Under the pieces are notes generated by a model. That model made no database searches, was not told the DNA's origin, and worked only from the letters and a program-made list of their open reading frames with translations. The position numbers and the translations under genes are program-made. Shown piece after piece: positions 13,345 through 27,182 of a stretch of 64,000 nucleotides of DNA (the first letter of the stretch is position 1; every line of letters starts with the position of its first letter). The stretch spans positions 112,470,001-112,534,000 of the forward strand of contig NC_045697.1 in NCBI RefSeq assembly GCF_009834535.1, in the 5' to 3' direction. The stretch comes from Camelus ferus. Its lineage: Eukaryota.

Positions 13345-13508
13345 TATGCATAGTGTGTCCACAGACCAGTATTTTGAGCATTAATTTGGAACTTGTTAGA
13401 AATGCAGACTTTATAGGACAATTTAGACCTACTGGATAAGAATCTGCATTTTAAAAAGGTCCCTAGATGATATATATGTCCATTAAAACAGGAAAAGCAT
13501 TGACCTAA
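13345..13508. mobile_element. MER5A hAT-Charlie MITE
   Basis: ggaacttgttagaaatgcaga...agacctactg...aatctgcattttaa...tccctagatga matches the recalled MER5A consensus. Confidence 0.85.
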
Positions 13509-13808
13509 AGTAATGAGAAAGCTATTATTTTTTAGTATCATAAAATATTCTCTTAAATATGAATTATTCTGTTATGTAAAAGAGACATTGATTTGACATA
13601 TTGACATAGATTTTAATTTTGGATAAAGGATGGACTAACAATGGGATTCATGATCAAATTAAGCCATCTTTTTAATTCTGGTATTTTCTACGTGGCCAAG
13701 ATTAGTGTCAATGTCAAGAGATTCAGCAATTATTACTTTCATTTTTTGCTAATGCTTTTAAGGGAAACACACACACACTGAGTTTTTGCATTTTTCTCTT
13801 CTCTAAAA

Positions 13809-13991
13809 CAGTACTGTCAGTTAGAACTTCCTTGAAATGCTTTCTGTCTACAGTGTTCATTGCAGTTGCCACCAGCCACACATGGCTATTGAGTACTTGG
13901 AATTATTGAGAACTAGAGAATTTTAATTTGATTCCATTTTATTGCTTAAATTTAAATTTACATTTGGCTAGTCGCTACTGTATTAGCAAAA
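13809..13991. mobile_element. MER3-like hAT-Charlie MITE
   Basis: Starts cagtactgtc; internal gccaccagccacacatggctattgagtacttg; flanked by ctctaaaa on both sides. Confidence 0.8.
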
Positions 13992-13999
13992 CTCTAAAA

Positions 14000-14180
14000 C
14001 AAACTGGCAAACTATGGCCTGCTCTGTATGGCTCATGAGCTAAGAATGTTTTGTTTAAATGTTTTTAAACGATCGTAAACACACACATACAATATGCACC
14101 ACAGCAGAGACTATGTATGGCTCACAAAGCCTGCAGTTTTTACTCTCTGGCACTTCACGATAAAAGGTTGCAGACTCCTG
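14000..14180. mobile_element. MER58A-like hAT-Charlie MITE
   Basis: ggcaaactatggcc...gagctaagaatg...tggctcacaaagcct...ggttgcagactcctg; flanks ctctaaaa and ttctaaaa. Confidence 0.85.
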
Positions 14181-14693
14181 TTCTAAAATGTTAATTTGAC
14201 TTAATACAGCACACAGAATTAGGAAATAAATTCAAAAGCAGATATTTTGGAACGTAAACCATTGCCTAGCCTTGTCATCAAAGATTTACTTTAAAAATTG
14301 CATAATGGCTTTCAGTTTTTAATGATATGAAGATATCAGTTTAACTTTCCCATGGCATATTTGTAATGTGTTCAGGTTTATGACTGACAAATTTTCAATA
14401 TCATCCAAAATTTAATTGAAGCCAAAGAAAGTTGTAAAGATCTTCAACCTTACAAGACAAAATTCAGTGATATCCAGAGCAATTTTTGCTGAATCATTAA
14501 GTGTTCATGCTTACAGACTGGACAGCAAAATTAAAACTTTAGAATTCCTTAGAATTTTCTTTTGAGTACCTTCTCCTAGAATCAAAATTTCCCTGAAATC
14601 TATTATGTTTTCTGTGTTCTTTGTGGCAGCTATGACATCTGCCTAGCCATCAGCTTCCCCCACTAAATTTAGGAATTTTAAGAATCTACAAAA

Positions 14694-14810
14694 GGTGGGA
14701 TAGTATAGCTCAAGTGGTAGAGTGCATGCTTAGCATACCTCCATTAAAAAATTAGATATAATTACCTCCCCTCCATAAAAGAAAAAAAAAAAACAACAAC
14801 AATAACAAAA
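14694..14810 (+). mobile_element. Vic-1-like SINE with the B box deleted
   Basis: gtatagctcaagtggtagagtgcatgcttagcat joins directly to acctcc; A-rich tail; TSD aagaatcta(c/t)aaaa at 14680-14693 and 14811-14824. Confidence 0.9.
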
Positions 14811-17771
14811 AAGAATCTATAAAAACTGTACCTTGTTGTGTCTCCTAGAAAAATTTCTCAAAAATGTTTACATAAAAATAATCAAATTTCAAATGATCAA
14901 ATTCTCAGTAATTATACTTTTTGTAAAAGCTTATATTATGAGCTGTATCCAACATAATTTGAGTAACATTTAGCATTTTCTTCAAAATGAATGATTCATT
15001 ACTTCCGCAGTGAATCTAATTATTCAATTTTGTGTGTCATTCCCTAAATGACGTGTTGTATTACTGATGCCAGTGTTAGTAGTCTGAATAAACATTCTTT
15101 CATAATATTATTAAGTTTTGCTCTTTGCCAAGTGCTGGAAGTTTCCATGATAGCTCTCATAAACTTTCTTGGATCATTTTTCTGTACACACTTGTCTTGG
15201 CAAAATCGAAATTATATATATGGTATGTTCAAGAACATGTCTCTCATTTTCATTTAGTGTCTGTTCTTTAACACAGATAGGTATTGATTTTTCCGAATCA
15301 GACTTTAATTGTAAATCCCCAGCACTGTGATTACTGTCCAGTTTACTGCATTCATGTTTACTCACTGCCTATCTTTGATTTTGCTCATTTGCTGAATCAA
15401 ATATTGATTCAGAATTTTTATAGCTGCAGAAACTCAGACTGCAAGATAGGAAGCAGGATGTTGTTAATGACAAATATCCCAAAACCTGAGCTGTCTTTTG
15501 TAGAGTCAGACTTTCTTTCTGAGATGGATGATTTTCAGCAAGAGTAGCTCATTGATGAATTTTTAAAAATGTGACTACATTCTAGTATTTTATGGGAACA
15601 CTTTTGGTTTGATGGTTTTGTTTTTCAGGATTTTTTTTTTCTCTGCTAGTTTTTCTTGAAAGTTAATAGCCATTGCAGACATTGAAGTGGGAGATAATTT
15701 CATATCGTTGTGCATCAGTTATGACTCAGACTACATTCTGCTAAAATTAATAGCTCTCAGGTTCTCCCTCCTTTTTTTTATTGGTCATTCGATCTTCATC
15801 CTTCAAAAATACTTTGATGTTCCAAATAATTTCCTTTCTTTATGTAAGATTTTCCATTTCTTGTTTTCTTATCTCAATGATTTTTATTATAATAAAATAA
15901 ACTTATTATTATGTTAGATTACATTTCAGTAATACAATTCTAATTATAAGAATTCTGATAATAATTCTTAGTGGATTGTATTCGAATAAGTTTATTGTAA
16001 GTTTTGTTATATTTCTAATACTTAGGGAAAATAAGAAGACATAACATAATATAATATGATATGATATAATATATAACTTGTATTGGAAAGAAATAATGAG
16101 TTTTAACACAGCATTTAATTTTTGTACTGACCAAATATTCACACTAAGAAAAATAGCAATTCTTGTGATTTAATGAGTGGATCATTATGCAGTAATGTCT
16201 AATTTAAGTCTAGTTAATATTTACTTTTGGATTATTAATGATTAATAGTACTTATGCAATGATTTGTATTATAATAATTGCACTGTCTATATTTAAATAG
16301 GGGACTCAGTAATATCTTTATGTTGTGGTAAACAAACAGATGGTGCAAACTGCAATAAAAATGTATTAACTGTAGCCATTGCACCAACACTAACAAGACA
16401 TTTTTAAATTGTACAAATATACATACATACAGCAGTAGGTAGTTTATTTAGATAAATAAGTAGGTAGATCAAATAGACCAAAAACAAAAGAGAATGATAG
16501 AAATACTGATGGGTGTATCACAGTCACTTGCTTAGAAGCACAGATAATTATAAATGTTTTAAAGTCAACACAATTTTTTGATGATCAGATCTTTAGTTTA
16601 TCAAACTCATTCCTCCTCTGTAAATCCAAATGGAATGATGTATACAGGCACTGCTAACAGAACAATTTATCCCATTTACTGGAACTGTGTCATAATAAAT
16701 ATGCAAATCACCTACTTGGGATCAAACATTTATAGTAAAAATATAAAAATAAAAATGCCTGAAATCAGCAGGGCACCCAAGATGTGCTATGCTCAAGCTG
16801 AGGCACCAGTGCTGCCCTGCATTTTTAATCCAACTATAATTTCACCTTTAACTTACATTCTTCCTCTTTCCAAAAGTATCTGCAACAGTCACGGGGAGTG
16901 GTTTGACAGATAAATCTCATGTCTACTCATTATGTACCATCTGTTGATTAAATCTTGACATCTCTCCACTTCTGCCTGGATGATTTATTTCAAGGATAAA
17001 CTTATGTATGCAATTCTCTGTTCACTTAGTTCAGTCTCAGGATTATCCTCAGTCACCTTACAAAGATATTTTTGACCCCCACCTCCCAAATGCCCACATA
17101 TCTAAGAACACCAATGATGACCACAGTTTAGTCTCAAATCTCTCCTTTCCCCAAATCCATCTCTTTCTATAGCTTTTCTCCCTTCCCCCCCTTTCCCTTT
17201 CTTCTTCACTCCTTCCTTCCTTTCTTCCTTCTCTTTTTATTGTCTCTCATGCTATATTACACAAGAGGAAGTAAATGTTGGGCAGGTACATGTGAAGACA
17301 GAAAATATCTAGTTTATTAAGCTTTCAAGAGGCCAGCTGGAAAACCTAAAAGGATGAACATTAGAATGCATAATACTAATCTCACTCACACAATTAATGA
17401 CAGCCTAACATTTGCACAATTTGCTAGGGTTTCTGTTTGTTCTCATGCAAATAGATCCATTGATATTTCACCATACTTTGTATTTGGAACTCAGATTGTA
17501 ATATCTAAATTCCACTTAAATCATATAATCTGTGACAATGATGTCCTTCAAAATACAAAAATGTTTCAAGTTATTCAATTTAATTTAAACAGAACTGAAG
17601 TCAGCCACAGTTAAAGCTGATGTCACTTGTTGGACTATTCTGGGCCAAAGGATATGATTCTTTAATTTGTAAAGAAGTCATTACAACTGTTGATGGATAT
17701 TTGATTGCTAATATTCTACTCATTTTACGGTATTTAAAAATGCACAATTTATTTTAAAAAATTAGTGGAAG

Positions 17772-18242
17772 TGTTACTGATCAGGGTTCTCAGACTCCTT
17801 AATCAATGGAAATTGATAAGAGGCTAGAAGAGAAATTCAGGCAAGGCTTTACTGGGACTTGTGTTGCAGCACAAGGGAGTGAAAACAAGTAACAGGTGCT
17901 CTTGCTCACTTCCTGATCAGGGGATGAGCTGGTTCCTTAAATAGACTGAGGGCAGGGGCAGGTCCAGGGGTCGGGCAGAGGGATGGCTTAGGTGATCTGC
18001 CCAACCCCGTGTTGGTGCTGTGTTCAGGGTTCATGCTCATACCCTAATTTTGCTCCTGGCACCTTAGAAGTGGCAGTTGGGTTTTTGATCTTTTTGTATC
18101 TTATTCACAATTGGCTCTATCTGCATATGAACCTAGTTATTTTTAGTGCCTTATGGTTTCTTTATATCCTGTTACTTGAGATGTTTGTCCAGGTGCAAGC
18201 ACTGCAGCACAGGTCTCAGGTCCCAGGTCCCAGCCTGTCTCA
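17772..18242 (-). mobile_element. Solo LTR, probably ERV1 class
   Basis: TG...CA termini (tgttactg...tgtctca); near-TSD gaag/aaag; reverse-strand TATA-like ctatttaagg and polyA-like agtaaa. Confidence 0.8.
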
Positions 18243-21200
18243 AAAGTAGCTGTAATAACAATGACCTGTTTTTAGAATCACATCAAAAATATTTAAAAGT
18301 TGATAGAAATTCTCATAGGTCTATCCAGTGTGGTGTTCTCTTATGAAGACATTTTTGTCGTTATTTCTCTAATTTTTCTGACAGTCTGTTCATTGTACAT
18401 AGTTTGAATTTCATTTTTCTACCATGTATGGTTACCATGTGTTTCCAGTGGCAGTGGTTATTAATTCTACAGGCAGGCTTATTTTAGATAATTATTATGC
18501 ACCCTCTGCTTGCACTTCTCCCCGCACAGTGGTTCTATACATAGATACAACTCTGATACGAAAATGCCATATTTTATCTACAATTACAATGTTCCTCTAT
18601 ACATTCCTGGAAAAATGAACAACAGTAATCTCTATTACTCCAGTTTGTTAAAATTCCATCTTGTGATCTTCCTTCACATAAAAAGAAAGAATATGGAGAT
18701 ATTTTAAGAGACTGTTGCCAGCTCACTGTGTGGACAATTGGCATTCTTAGCCCTTGTGGCCAACACAGGCAATTCAGTATTGTAGTCATCTTTGCCTTCT
18801 ACTGGAGTGGATCCTGAAACAAATAAGTGGTGGAATAGTTAGTGCCGTTTCCTTCCTGGGGATGTAAGAGGCAGTGAAGCCCATGGCTGGTGAATAGTTC
18901 TTCTTGATGTGCTGCTTAGAATTTATAAGGCTCCAAAAGTGAACCCTTTGCTTAGCTTTACATAACGTTATCTTGTTTATCCTCCAAGTGCTTCATCTTT
19001 TCATTCATACTCATTATGTTTAAAACATTCTGTCAGTTTCCAACTATCTTTATGAAACAGCGGTATCAAACTGGGGCCAGATATTCGAGTTTGAGTTTGC
19101 CCTCTGTCTTTGGGGCTATTGCTGAGTGTCTTAGCTGTTCATCAGCACATAAATGGCATAAACAACCTTTTTTTAATGTCTTATCCCAGAAAAGATCACT
19201 TAGAACTTTTTTAATTAGAAAATAAGACTTCAGTTGACTCATTCTTAATATACTCAGACATTTTGGAACGCTATAGAAATTGATATGAATCCTTTCACAT
19301 GATCTGTATATTGGCACAAATGACATTTGGAACATTCTCTATTATATTATAAAGACAATTTAGATAGTTCCACAATTTGTACAAGATTTTGGGGGTATTT
19401 CCATGACACAAACTTAGTTTCCTTAAAGTTTTTTTTTTTTTAAGTGCAGCCTTAATTTTAATTTTCCTTTTCAGGAAATGTACCCGAGAAGAGTCCTAAG
19501 AGAATTTTCTCAGTTGTCCTGCTGTGATTAAACAAGCCACTGCTGTATTTCGTAAGTTCATTTATTTTTACCTTAATAAAGAAGAGTTTCTGTTGCAGAA
19601 AACCACTTTTTTCATTTAGAATTAGAGTTGAATTTTGATCTAATGTAAGACTTAATTGATTTTATTTTTTTCCTAGGTTTCTTTTACCTAAATTTTATTC
19701 AATTTCAATGAACAGTGGAAAGCATTTCTTTGTTGGATGAGCTCTGCTTCATTGTATCTTTTAACTGTTATTTTAATGACTTGTGATAAGAACTTTATCA
19801 GTTGGTGAGCTGATTTAAAAGGGCAGTGCTGTCAGTAATACCAATTTGGTCTGGGCGAACATATTGGTAAAGTCCTCCATTTCACTGAACAAATATATTC
19901 AATTTTACCTATAATGGCTACCTCTTGTGGCCTCAGGAATGTCACTGAATACTTACTATTTTGGGGAAACATACTGATTTTTTCTTGTTACTAATACTGA
20001 GATTTCACATGCAAGGGTTATTGGTCATGATGAGATGGGTACCACATGAGTGTGATGTACTAAATCAGTCTAACATCATGTGATACAAGGCAAACAGACA
20101 GCAAGTACTGTGGAGATTCATGAGTGACATTAAATTCACTGTTTCCTGAGCCTTCAAATCTACAATGCTTCTGATTATCTCAAAGTTGAGAATTTGGCTA
20201 TTTCAGTTTCTAAAACACAGAATAAAGCAAAGCAATTTCTCCCTCTTTCACAAGCTGCCTTCTAATGCTGACACAAAATCATCCCTTTGCCTCTGGTTAC
20301 TTCTCTATGACTGACCCAGGGGATTGAGAGAATGGAATACATCTCATGTATTTTGATGTTTGCATCTTTTCTTTCCTTTTTTCCCCCAATTTGTATTCAA
20401 GTAGACTATTTCCACTAAACAAGAATTTTTCTCCATAATAAATGGATGGAGGAGGGGTCATCTGTATGAAAAGATGTACCCAGAGGTCTGTAATCAGCGA
20501 CACAGTAGCCGTTCCAAGTGCTCATCAGAGGGGTTTTTGTTGCCCCAGTATTTTTGAACAAACTTAATTGATGCTGAGTATGGTAATGTGAAGAATATAC
20601 TCAAAAATTAGAATAGATTTTAGAAGCATATGTAGTAATCAGGAGGGCAAACGTCAGTCAAAAAGATCTTGAAATTGGTGGGGAATCACTTATAAAAAAG
20701 GAGGGGAATTTTGTAATGATAAACATTAGCATAGCTGATAACAAAAAATAAGGATTATATAGAAGATTAACAAAAATGTTTCACCTTAAATTTAAACTAT
20801 GACACAGCAATCCCATTTATTTTCAAGTCCCATCCATTTACATTATTATTTTTCTCAATGAAAACCAAGTAATTGTCCCCCTAAAACAATGTATTTAATA
20901 AAAATGGTCAATTCTCTATTTTTTATTAAAGATTTCTCTATGCATGCATCTACCTCTTAAATTCCAATTTTTTATCATTGAGTAGCAACAGCAGTTAAAT
21001 GAGCCTATGCAATTTTATGTGAATAGGAAACATATGTTGAGTATCTAGTATGTATCAAACCCTAAACATGAAAAATGGCAAAGAAATTGTGTTGAATGTG
21101 ACCTGTGCGGTCTCACCAGTGGTGAATGTACATTTTCTATCAGGATTTCGCAGACGTTCTGTTCCCCTATCATTACCTCAACCCTACACATCTAAGAAAT

Positions 21201-24200
21201 CCAAGTTGGGAACTATGGAGATATTATTAGGACTTAGATTAATAGGAGTAATAAGAAGGATTTTTAAGAGGCAGGAACAAATGCATTCTTGGCTTGATCA
21301 TGGTTTTCTTAATTACTCTGAGCACTTGTGGTCGGTTCAGCTAGTGAAGAATCTGGAATGTACAAGGGAGAAATAAAAATCTTGATTAAATATTCTCAGT
21401 AGTAGTGTCTGTGATAAAAATTTTAGGGAAGTAGAATAATTCCATTTGGAAAAGAAAACATAGTGAATAACTGAATGTTATTCTTCATTTATAAAAAGAA
21501 ATCTTAGGAAAAAAACAACCAATTCTTTATTTTGTAATGATAAAAAAAATTGAAAGTACAGGCAACCCAGACTATTAACAGTGTAGATTTCTATGCTGAG
21601 AGAATTTCTAAGCACTAGAATAATTACAGATGCAACTTTGAAAATCCCTTGTTTTGAAAGGCTGTTAAAGCAACACAGATCCTATCTTGCAGACACTGAG
21701 AGAAAAAATATTAATTAATCCAACATGAAAATGTCCAATCCTAAGATTATATGACCATAAATTAGTTGCTGCTTTACCTTCTGTAATAGGTCATTAGCTT
21801 CAATCAACATTGGCGTTGCTGTTCTGAGACTGGACAGAGGAGGAAGCTAAGTGGTTTAGTAACGTATCTCCTGCTTGGCTTTGGTCCCAGCTGAATAGCT
21901 GTCTAGTCCCTAATGGAGAGTTAGTACAGTTTTCTCTAAGGGTATGAAGGATGATCAAAGTGGACCTTCTGCCTTTGGAATGAGAACTTCCCTGAGAGCC
22001 CTACTAATTTCATCTGGCTGGAATTCATCTAAACAGATGTTTTAATGAGCATGTTAAAAAAAAAAATCAGAGCGATCTTTTTGCTGTCCTTTATTGCTTT
22101 TCCCTTAAGAGAGGATTATACTTCATAAGGTAATATCTTTCAATAGAGGCTCCTTTTCTAGTGTTTTAGATAATGAATGATTCTAGCTTAGAAATAACTC
22201 AATCTTCTGGCTTATAACGCTAGTTATTGTAGAGACTTTCCGTATAGACTCAGGAGAGATGAAATCAGCATTATGTTTTTTGCAAGTTTTCTTTTTTGTT
22301 GTTGTTAATTTAAGGAATTCAATCAAATGAATGTTTGTGACAAGAACTGTGGGAAATAAAGAAAAAGTGCAAAATCTGACCACTGCTTCCAAATTGCTAC
22401 AGTCTCATGGCAGAAAAAAAAAATCAATGAGCTAAAAAATAAATGGATTAAATTCAGTAAAAAAAATGCAGACTGCATTATAAAACTCTCTGACTTCCCA
22501 CAACAGCTTACGTCTATCCTTTGTATGCCATGTGCATGTTCAAAGAGATGTAGGAAAAAACAGTGAATGAGTGAATAAATGAATGAAGTGCTTCAGTTAC
22601 TCAGAGAATCAGGATAATTAAATTTGAAAAGTGAAATACAGGAAAAACCTAGGAATTCCTAGTAAAGGACTCATGTACAGATAGGAGACAGTAAAAACAG
22701 ACTTGGCTTGAAAGTTTACTTAGGATATGATGATAGATTCAGCTTTAAAAGTCTTAGAAAGAGAATTTTACAAAATGAGTAGTGGAAGGCAAAGCTATGT
22801 AGGTAAGATTGGTTTAAACCATGAAAGGTCTTCATTCCATGCTGGGCAGCCTATCATTTGTTCAGTGGGAGAGTCATTTCCATGAAATCCTCATCTAACA
22901 ATTCCTGAATAATTGATATGGGGGGGAAAAGGGTAAGAAAAATCAAATACCATGACATACTTCTAACTCTGAATAAGTGGAAAAATGTGCTATGAATGAA
23001 AATATGAAAATTAAGAGTTTTAGGAGAAGAAAGCAGTTTGTATGGTTGAGGGAGACAGTGAAACTTCCAATATTTGAAACGTCCTCATCTTATTTTCCAA
23101 GAGTGTCTTATCTCTACTTCTATTTTTATCTTAACCCCATTCTTTTTTTGTTTTTAACGTTATTGGCATTTTTGAGAGTGAAACAAACGGGTTGTTTGTA
23201 TTCATTTCCACTTTATACTGTCACTGTACTGCTAGTCTATCTAAAAGTGAATTTATAAGTGAATAAACTTAAGAGCTTGAAATGGTGAAGGAAATGTTCA
23301 TTAATTTTGGAGCAATTTTGACTCCCAAAAAGTCCAAAGTTCAGGAGTCATTGTTTGCTTCATTAAAGACATCAAATGGTTTGTTTTATAACCAGGGACA
23401 TTTTGCATAAAGAAAATGGATTTGATTATTTCACTTACAAAGATTCTTCTTACTTTCCTAAAAGACAGAGACACTCGGTCAGAAAGATGCAACTGTGAAG
23501 TGGAGGTCCAGGCATTTCCTGTGTTGATTTGCTAATTTACTAATTGGCATCTATTTATAATGTGGCCAGAAATAACTTAGATATTCTCCAAGGAAGACAG
23601 AACTATATTTGCTCTGAAATTTTAAAAGAGTATATAGCTATTTAAGCAACATTTGTAAAATTATACATGAGATATATGAACGAGAGTAGTTCAGATGGCA
23701 TTCACACCCTTAAAGGAAGTTGACATAAAAGAATGAAAAGCAACCTAATATTTCCCTAAACGTCAGTGAAGAATAATTTAGAATAAAAATGCTTATTAGT
23801 AACTTCTCAAGAGGATTATTAAGATGAGTGAGATTTGTCCACATGGACTCTTTTGAGGCCTCTGTGACCAGTTTACACTAACTTTTATTATTTTATTATT
23901 AATTACATAATAATTCTATTATTAGAATTAATCATGATTATTTCAGCAATACAATTGCCAAGAATCTGCTTTTAATCTGTTTTTACCATTTTGTTTTTAA
24001 CATCTATTATAAGATATTTTTAACATTGTTCGGTATTTTCTAATCTAAAAGTAATTTGGGGTTCGGCAAGTAAAATACAAATTGGGAGTCAAAAACCACT
24101 GACACACGATGAAAGGCGTGAGTTGGGAACACAGTTGGTCTGCGGATTGTTTATGTCAAAACAAAAACAAAATATGTAGGGGAAAGCTGAAGCATTCCAG

Positions 24201-27182
24201 TATATGGCTTTAAGTTTGTCTAATCTCAGCTAAAAGAAAGGATAGCAGTTCATGGAGAGAATCTTTCTTGTCCCCCATGTGTTAGGAGGGTGCTTTGGGG
24301 ATGCTCACACAGCTGAACCACATAATGGCGTGTATTCTTAACGGCAACTTTGGAAAATATGAGAAAGATCTTCCACATATGGTTGGTCGTTTCTTCTACG
24401 AGCCTTTGGTAGACACCTTGAACAAAACAAATGCAATCACATGAGGAAATAAAGTGATTATGGATGCTTTCTGATTATCTAGAAACACAAGGAAGAAGCT
24501 TGAAGCATCCTGAGGGAATAGTCAGGAGCCTATTCCTTAGACAATTATCTGAGTATCAACTGTCTCCAGCAGGCTTAAGACAGGAGTTTTCTAACAGACA
24601 ACTCATTAAAGAGGTTTTAGCAAATATCTGAAGGAAAGGAATTTTTCATTCCTGACTAAAAAAGTACCTCTGTGCTATAGACGTCAGCCTCGTTGAAAAT
24701 AAAGACATTGTGAGCATCAAAGGTTATCAGTTTATTCGTTTAGGCAACATGTGTACTTTGGTAGCCTATATTGCTGGCCATTCTGTTCATCATCAGAAGT
24801 TGAGGCAGGATGTGCAGGATGAAAATTTCTGTCAGAAGGGAGCTCTAAATGCTTGAAAGAAGGCTTAAAGGATAGCTCAAAGTTTTGTATGTCTTTGTGT
24901 TAAATATCTGACAGAAGATCTTGAAGATACACTGCATATCATCAACACAGTAAAACTTAAGTTAACTCTCTTGAGAAGTTTAATCTGATTGAAACTCCAC
25001 TGTGATGGATCTGCTCAGTAAACACCTGTCTCAGTAGAGTGATGGAAATGTGTGCATCTCCCCAGCCCTCTCTTCCCTCATCTGTGCTCTACACTACAGA
25101 GTTATGGCAGCTTTGTTATTAGGAGCAAAGCTCTTTAACACCTCTAAATGGGGGGAAAAATTACTGCTATGTAATGTAAGTACAAATGAGTAAGTGTAAA
25201 CATTAGAAGTCTCTAATAAAAGGAAAATTCAGTTTCTTTTCAGTTTGAGATTCATGTATAGAATCGAGATCAATACTGTAAGCATCACTCATAAAATAAC
25301 AAAATTTTATCCATTATTCTCATCGGCTGTAGCAATGGTCTTTGCTAATTAGCAGACAGGCACATTTTTTTCTTCTTTGTTCATAATTACCATCAATTGC
25401 ATCCTTGGACCTCTATGATAGAAAATATAACAAAATTAAAAGCATTAGTTTCTCCATTTTCATTCCTTTTTAAAAAATTCACATACACACATTCCTGACA
25501 TTATAACCTTAGAAACAGTATCAACAACATTTCCTTTTGGATATCTTATTTATTAAAAAGATTTTCTTTAAGTGTAACAAGCTCTAATTTGTTTTCTCAG
25601 CATAATTAACAACTGTGACTTTCTATTTCATTTGTTTTAACATTCACACTAATGAATTCACCTTATGGCCTGCTTTGAACTTGGTGTTGAAAAGGGTTTT
25701 ATGCTTCGCTGCTTTTTCATATGCCTCAAGTCATTGGCCCTGTTACAGAGCTGATAGAATACTTTTCTGAGAAAATGAGAGAGGCTTTCCCAAGAAATAG
25801 TTTATCTCAAACTGATTTTGTTTCGGTGAAGTCATCAACGTGGAAGATGTTATGACAAAGAAATGTGTAAAATTACAGACATTGAAAAAAAGGGTTCTAT
25901 CCATAGACTGAGAGGTGTTATTGCTGCATGTAGTCTCAAATCTCCTGAACATCAAATGTTCTGCATTCCAACTTTATTATTAAACAAATGAAAATGAGCT
26001 CCTTGCAAATTTACACGGTAGCGAAACAGTGCATAAATATCAATCCACTGAAATATTCTGACTTTTCCAGACGAGTTAGTCCACCTTCGCCACTTGTTGA
26101 GTCTTCTGTGAATTAAGGAATGTGTACAGGAAGACTTTTGATTTATGCTGAGAATACTGGTTTCAGATTTTCTGTTGTATTATATTTTGAGGAGACTGTG
26201 AATCGAAGCATTGTTGATAATGACAAACACAGGCATTTGTGTGTCAAGGGTTCGCCACACAAATCCAACACTGGTCACATTTCAAATGCTAAGTCTACCA
26301 AATGATACCTTTTCTGCTTTGCAATGGTACAGAAAACTCTGCATCATTTGGAATCAAATGGAGAAAAATTGGCCCATTTACATGAAATTTTCCAAAGGTT
26401 AATTTGAGTAGTTCCTCAGTGTTGTTAGTCTAAAGGCAAAATGGTCATATGTCTAAATGCATTACTCCTTATGTTTGTGGTCAGATAAGAGTTAGGGACA
26501 TAGATAATCAGCCTCAACCATTGCACAAAATCGGTCAAAAGATTTTTTGCATCACATTCAAATCTTGATCTGAGTACATCTCTCTTCTATGACTGAAGAC
26601 AGACATAAAGCTCTCCATTCTTTCTTAAAATGGCTGGGAATATGTTCCTATATATTGCGGATGTTATCTTGTCACTCATGTTGTGACACCCAAAAAATCA
26701 CATAAATTTCTTAAAAAGAAAACAATTCTAGAATAAGATTGAAGTATAAGACTGAATATTATGCTATAGGATAAGACCAAAGTGTATTAAGAACTTAACT
26801 AGAAGCAGAATTAAATTATCTCTTGAATTGAGTCATGACATTTGAGGACTGCTCTTCAATAATTCCTTCTCACTCCTTGAAATAGACACTCCCTGGTGCG
26901 TGTTTCTTTTCTCTTCTCTCTGTTTCAAGGTTTTTCTTCTGATATACCCTGGCTTGGAGCCATTGGATATGTAACATGTGATTAAATATGTGACTAAATT
27001 GTGATTAAATTATTTTCTTGTGAAGTTAACTTACATACATTCTCATGATCAGAAAGTGTCAGGCTGTACCTCTGAAATTAGGTTCAATGTTAGCTAATTT
27101 AATAGCCTTAATAATTATCAGTGTCTCATGATGATATGTAAATTTGTTTTAAAACAGGACTTCTAAATATAATTTTTGTGCT

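Noticed and set aside
25749..25855. Plus-strand acceptor followed by LIEYFSEKMREAFPRNSL...
   Set aside because: Weak polypyrimidine tract, early stop and no recognisable protein
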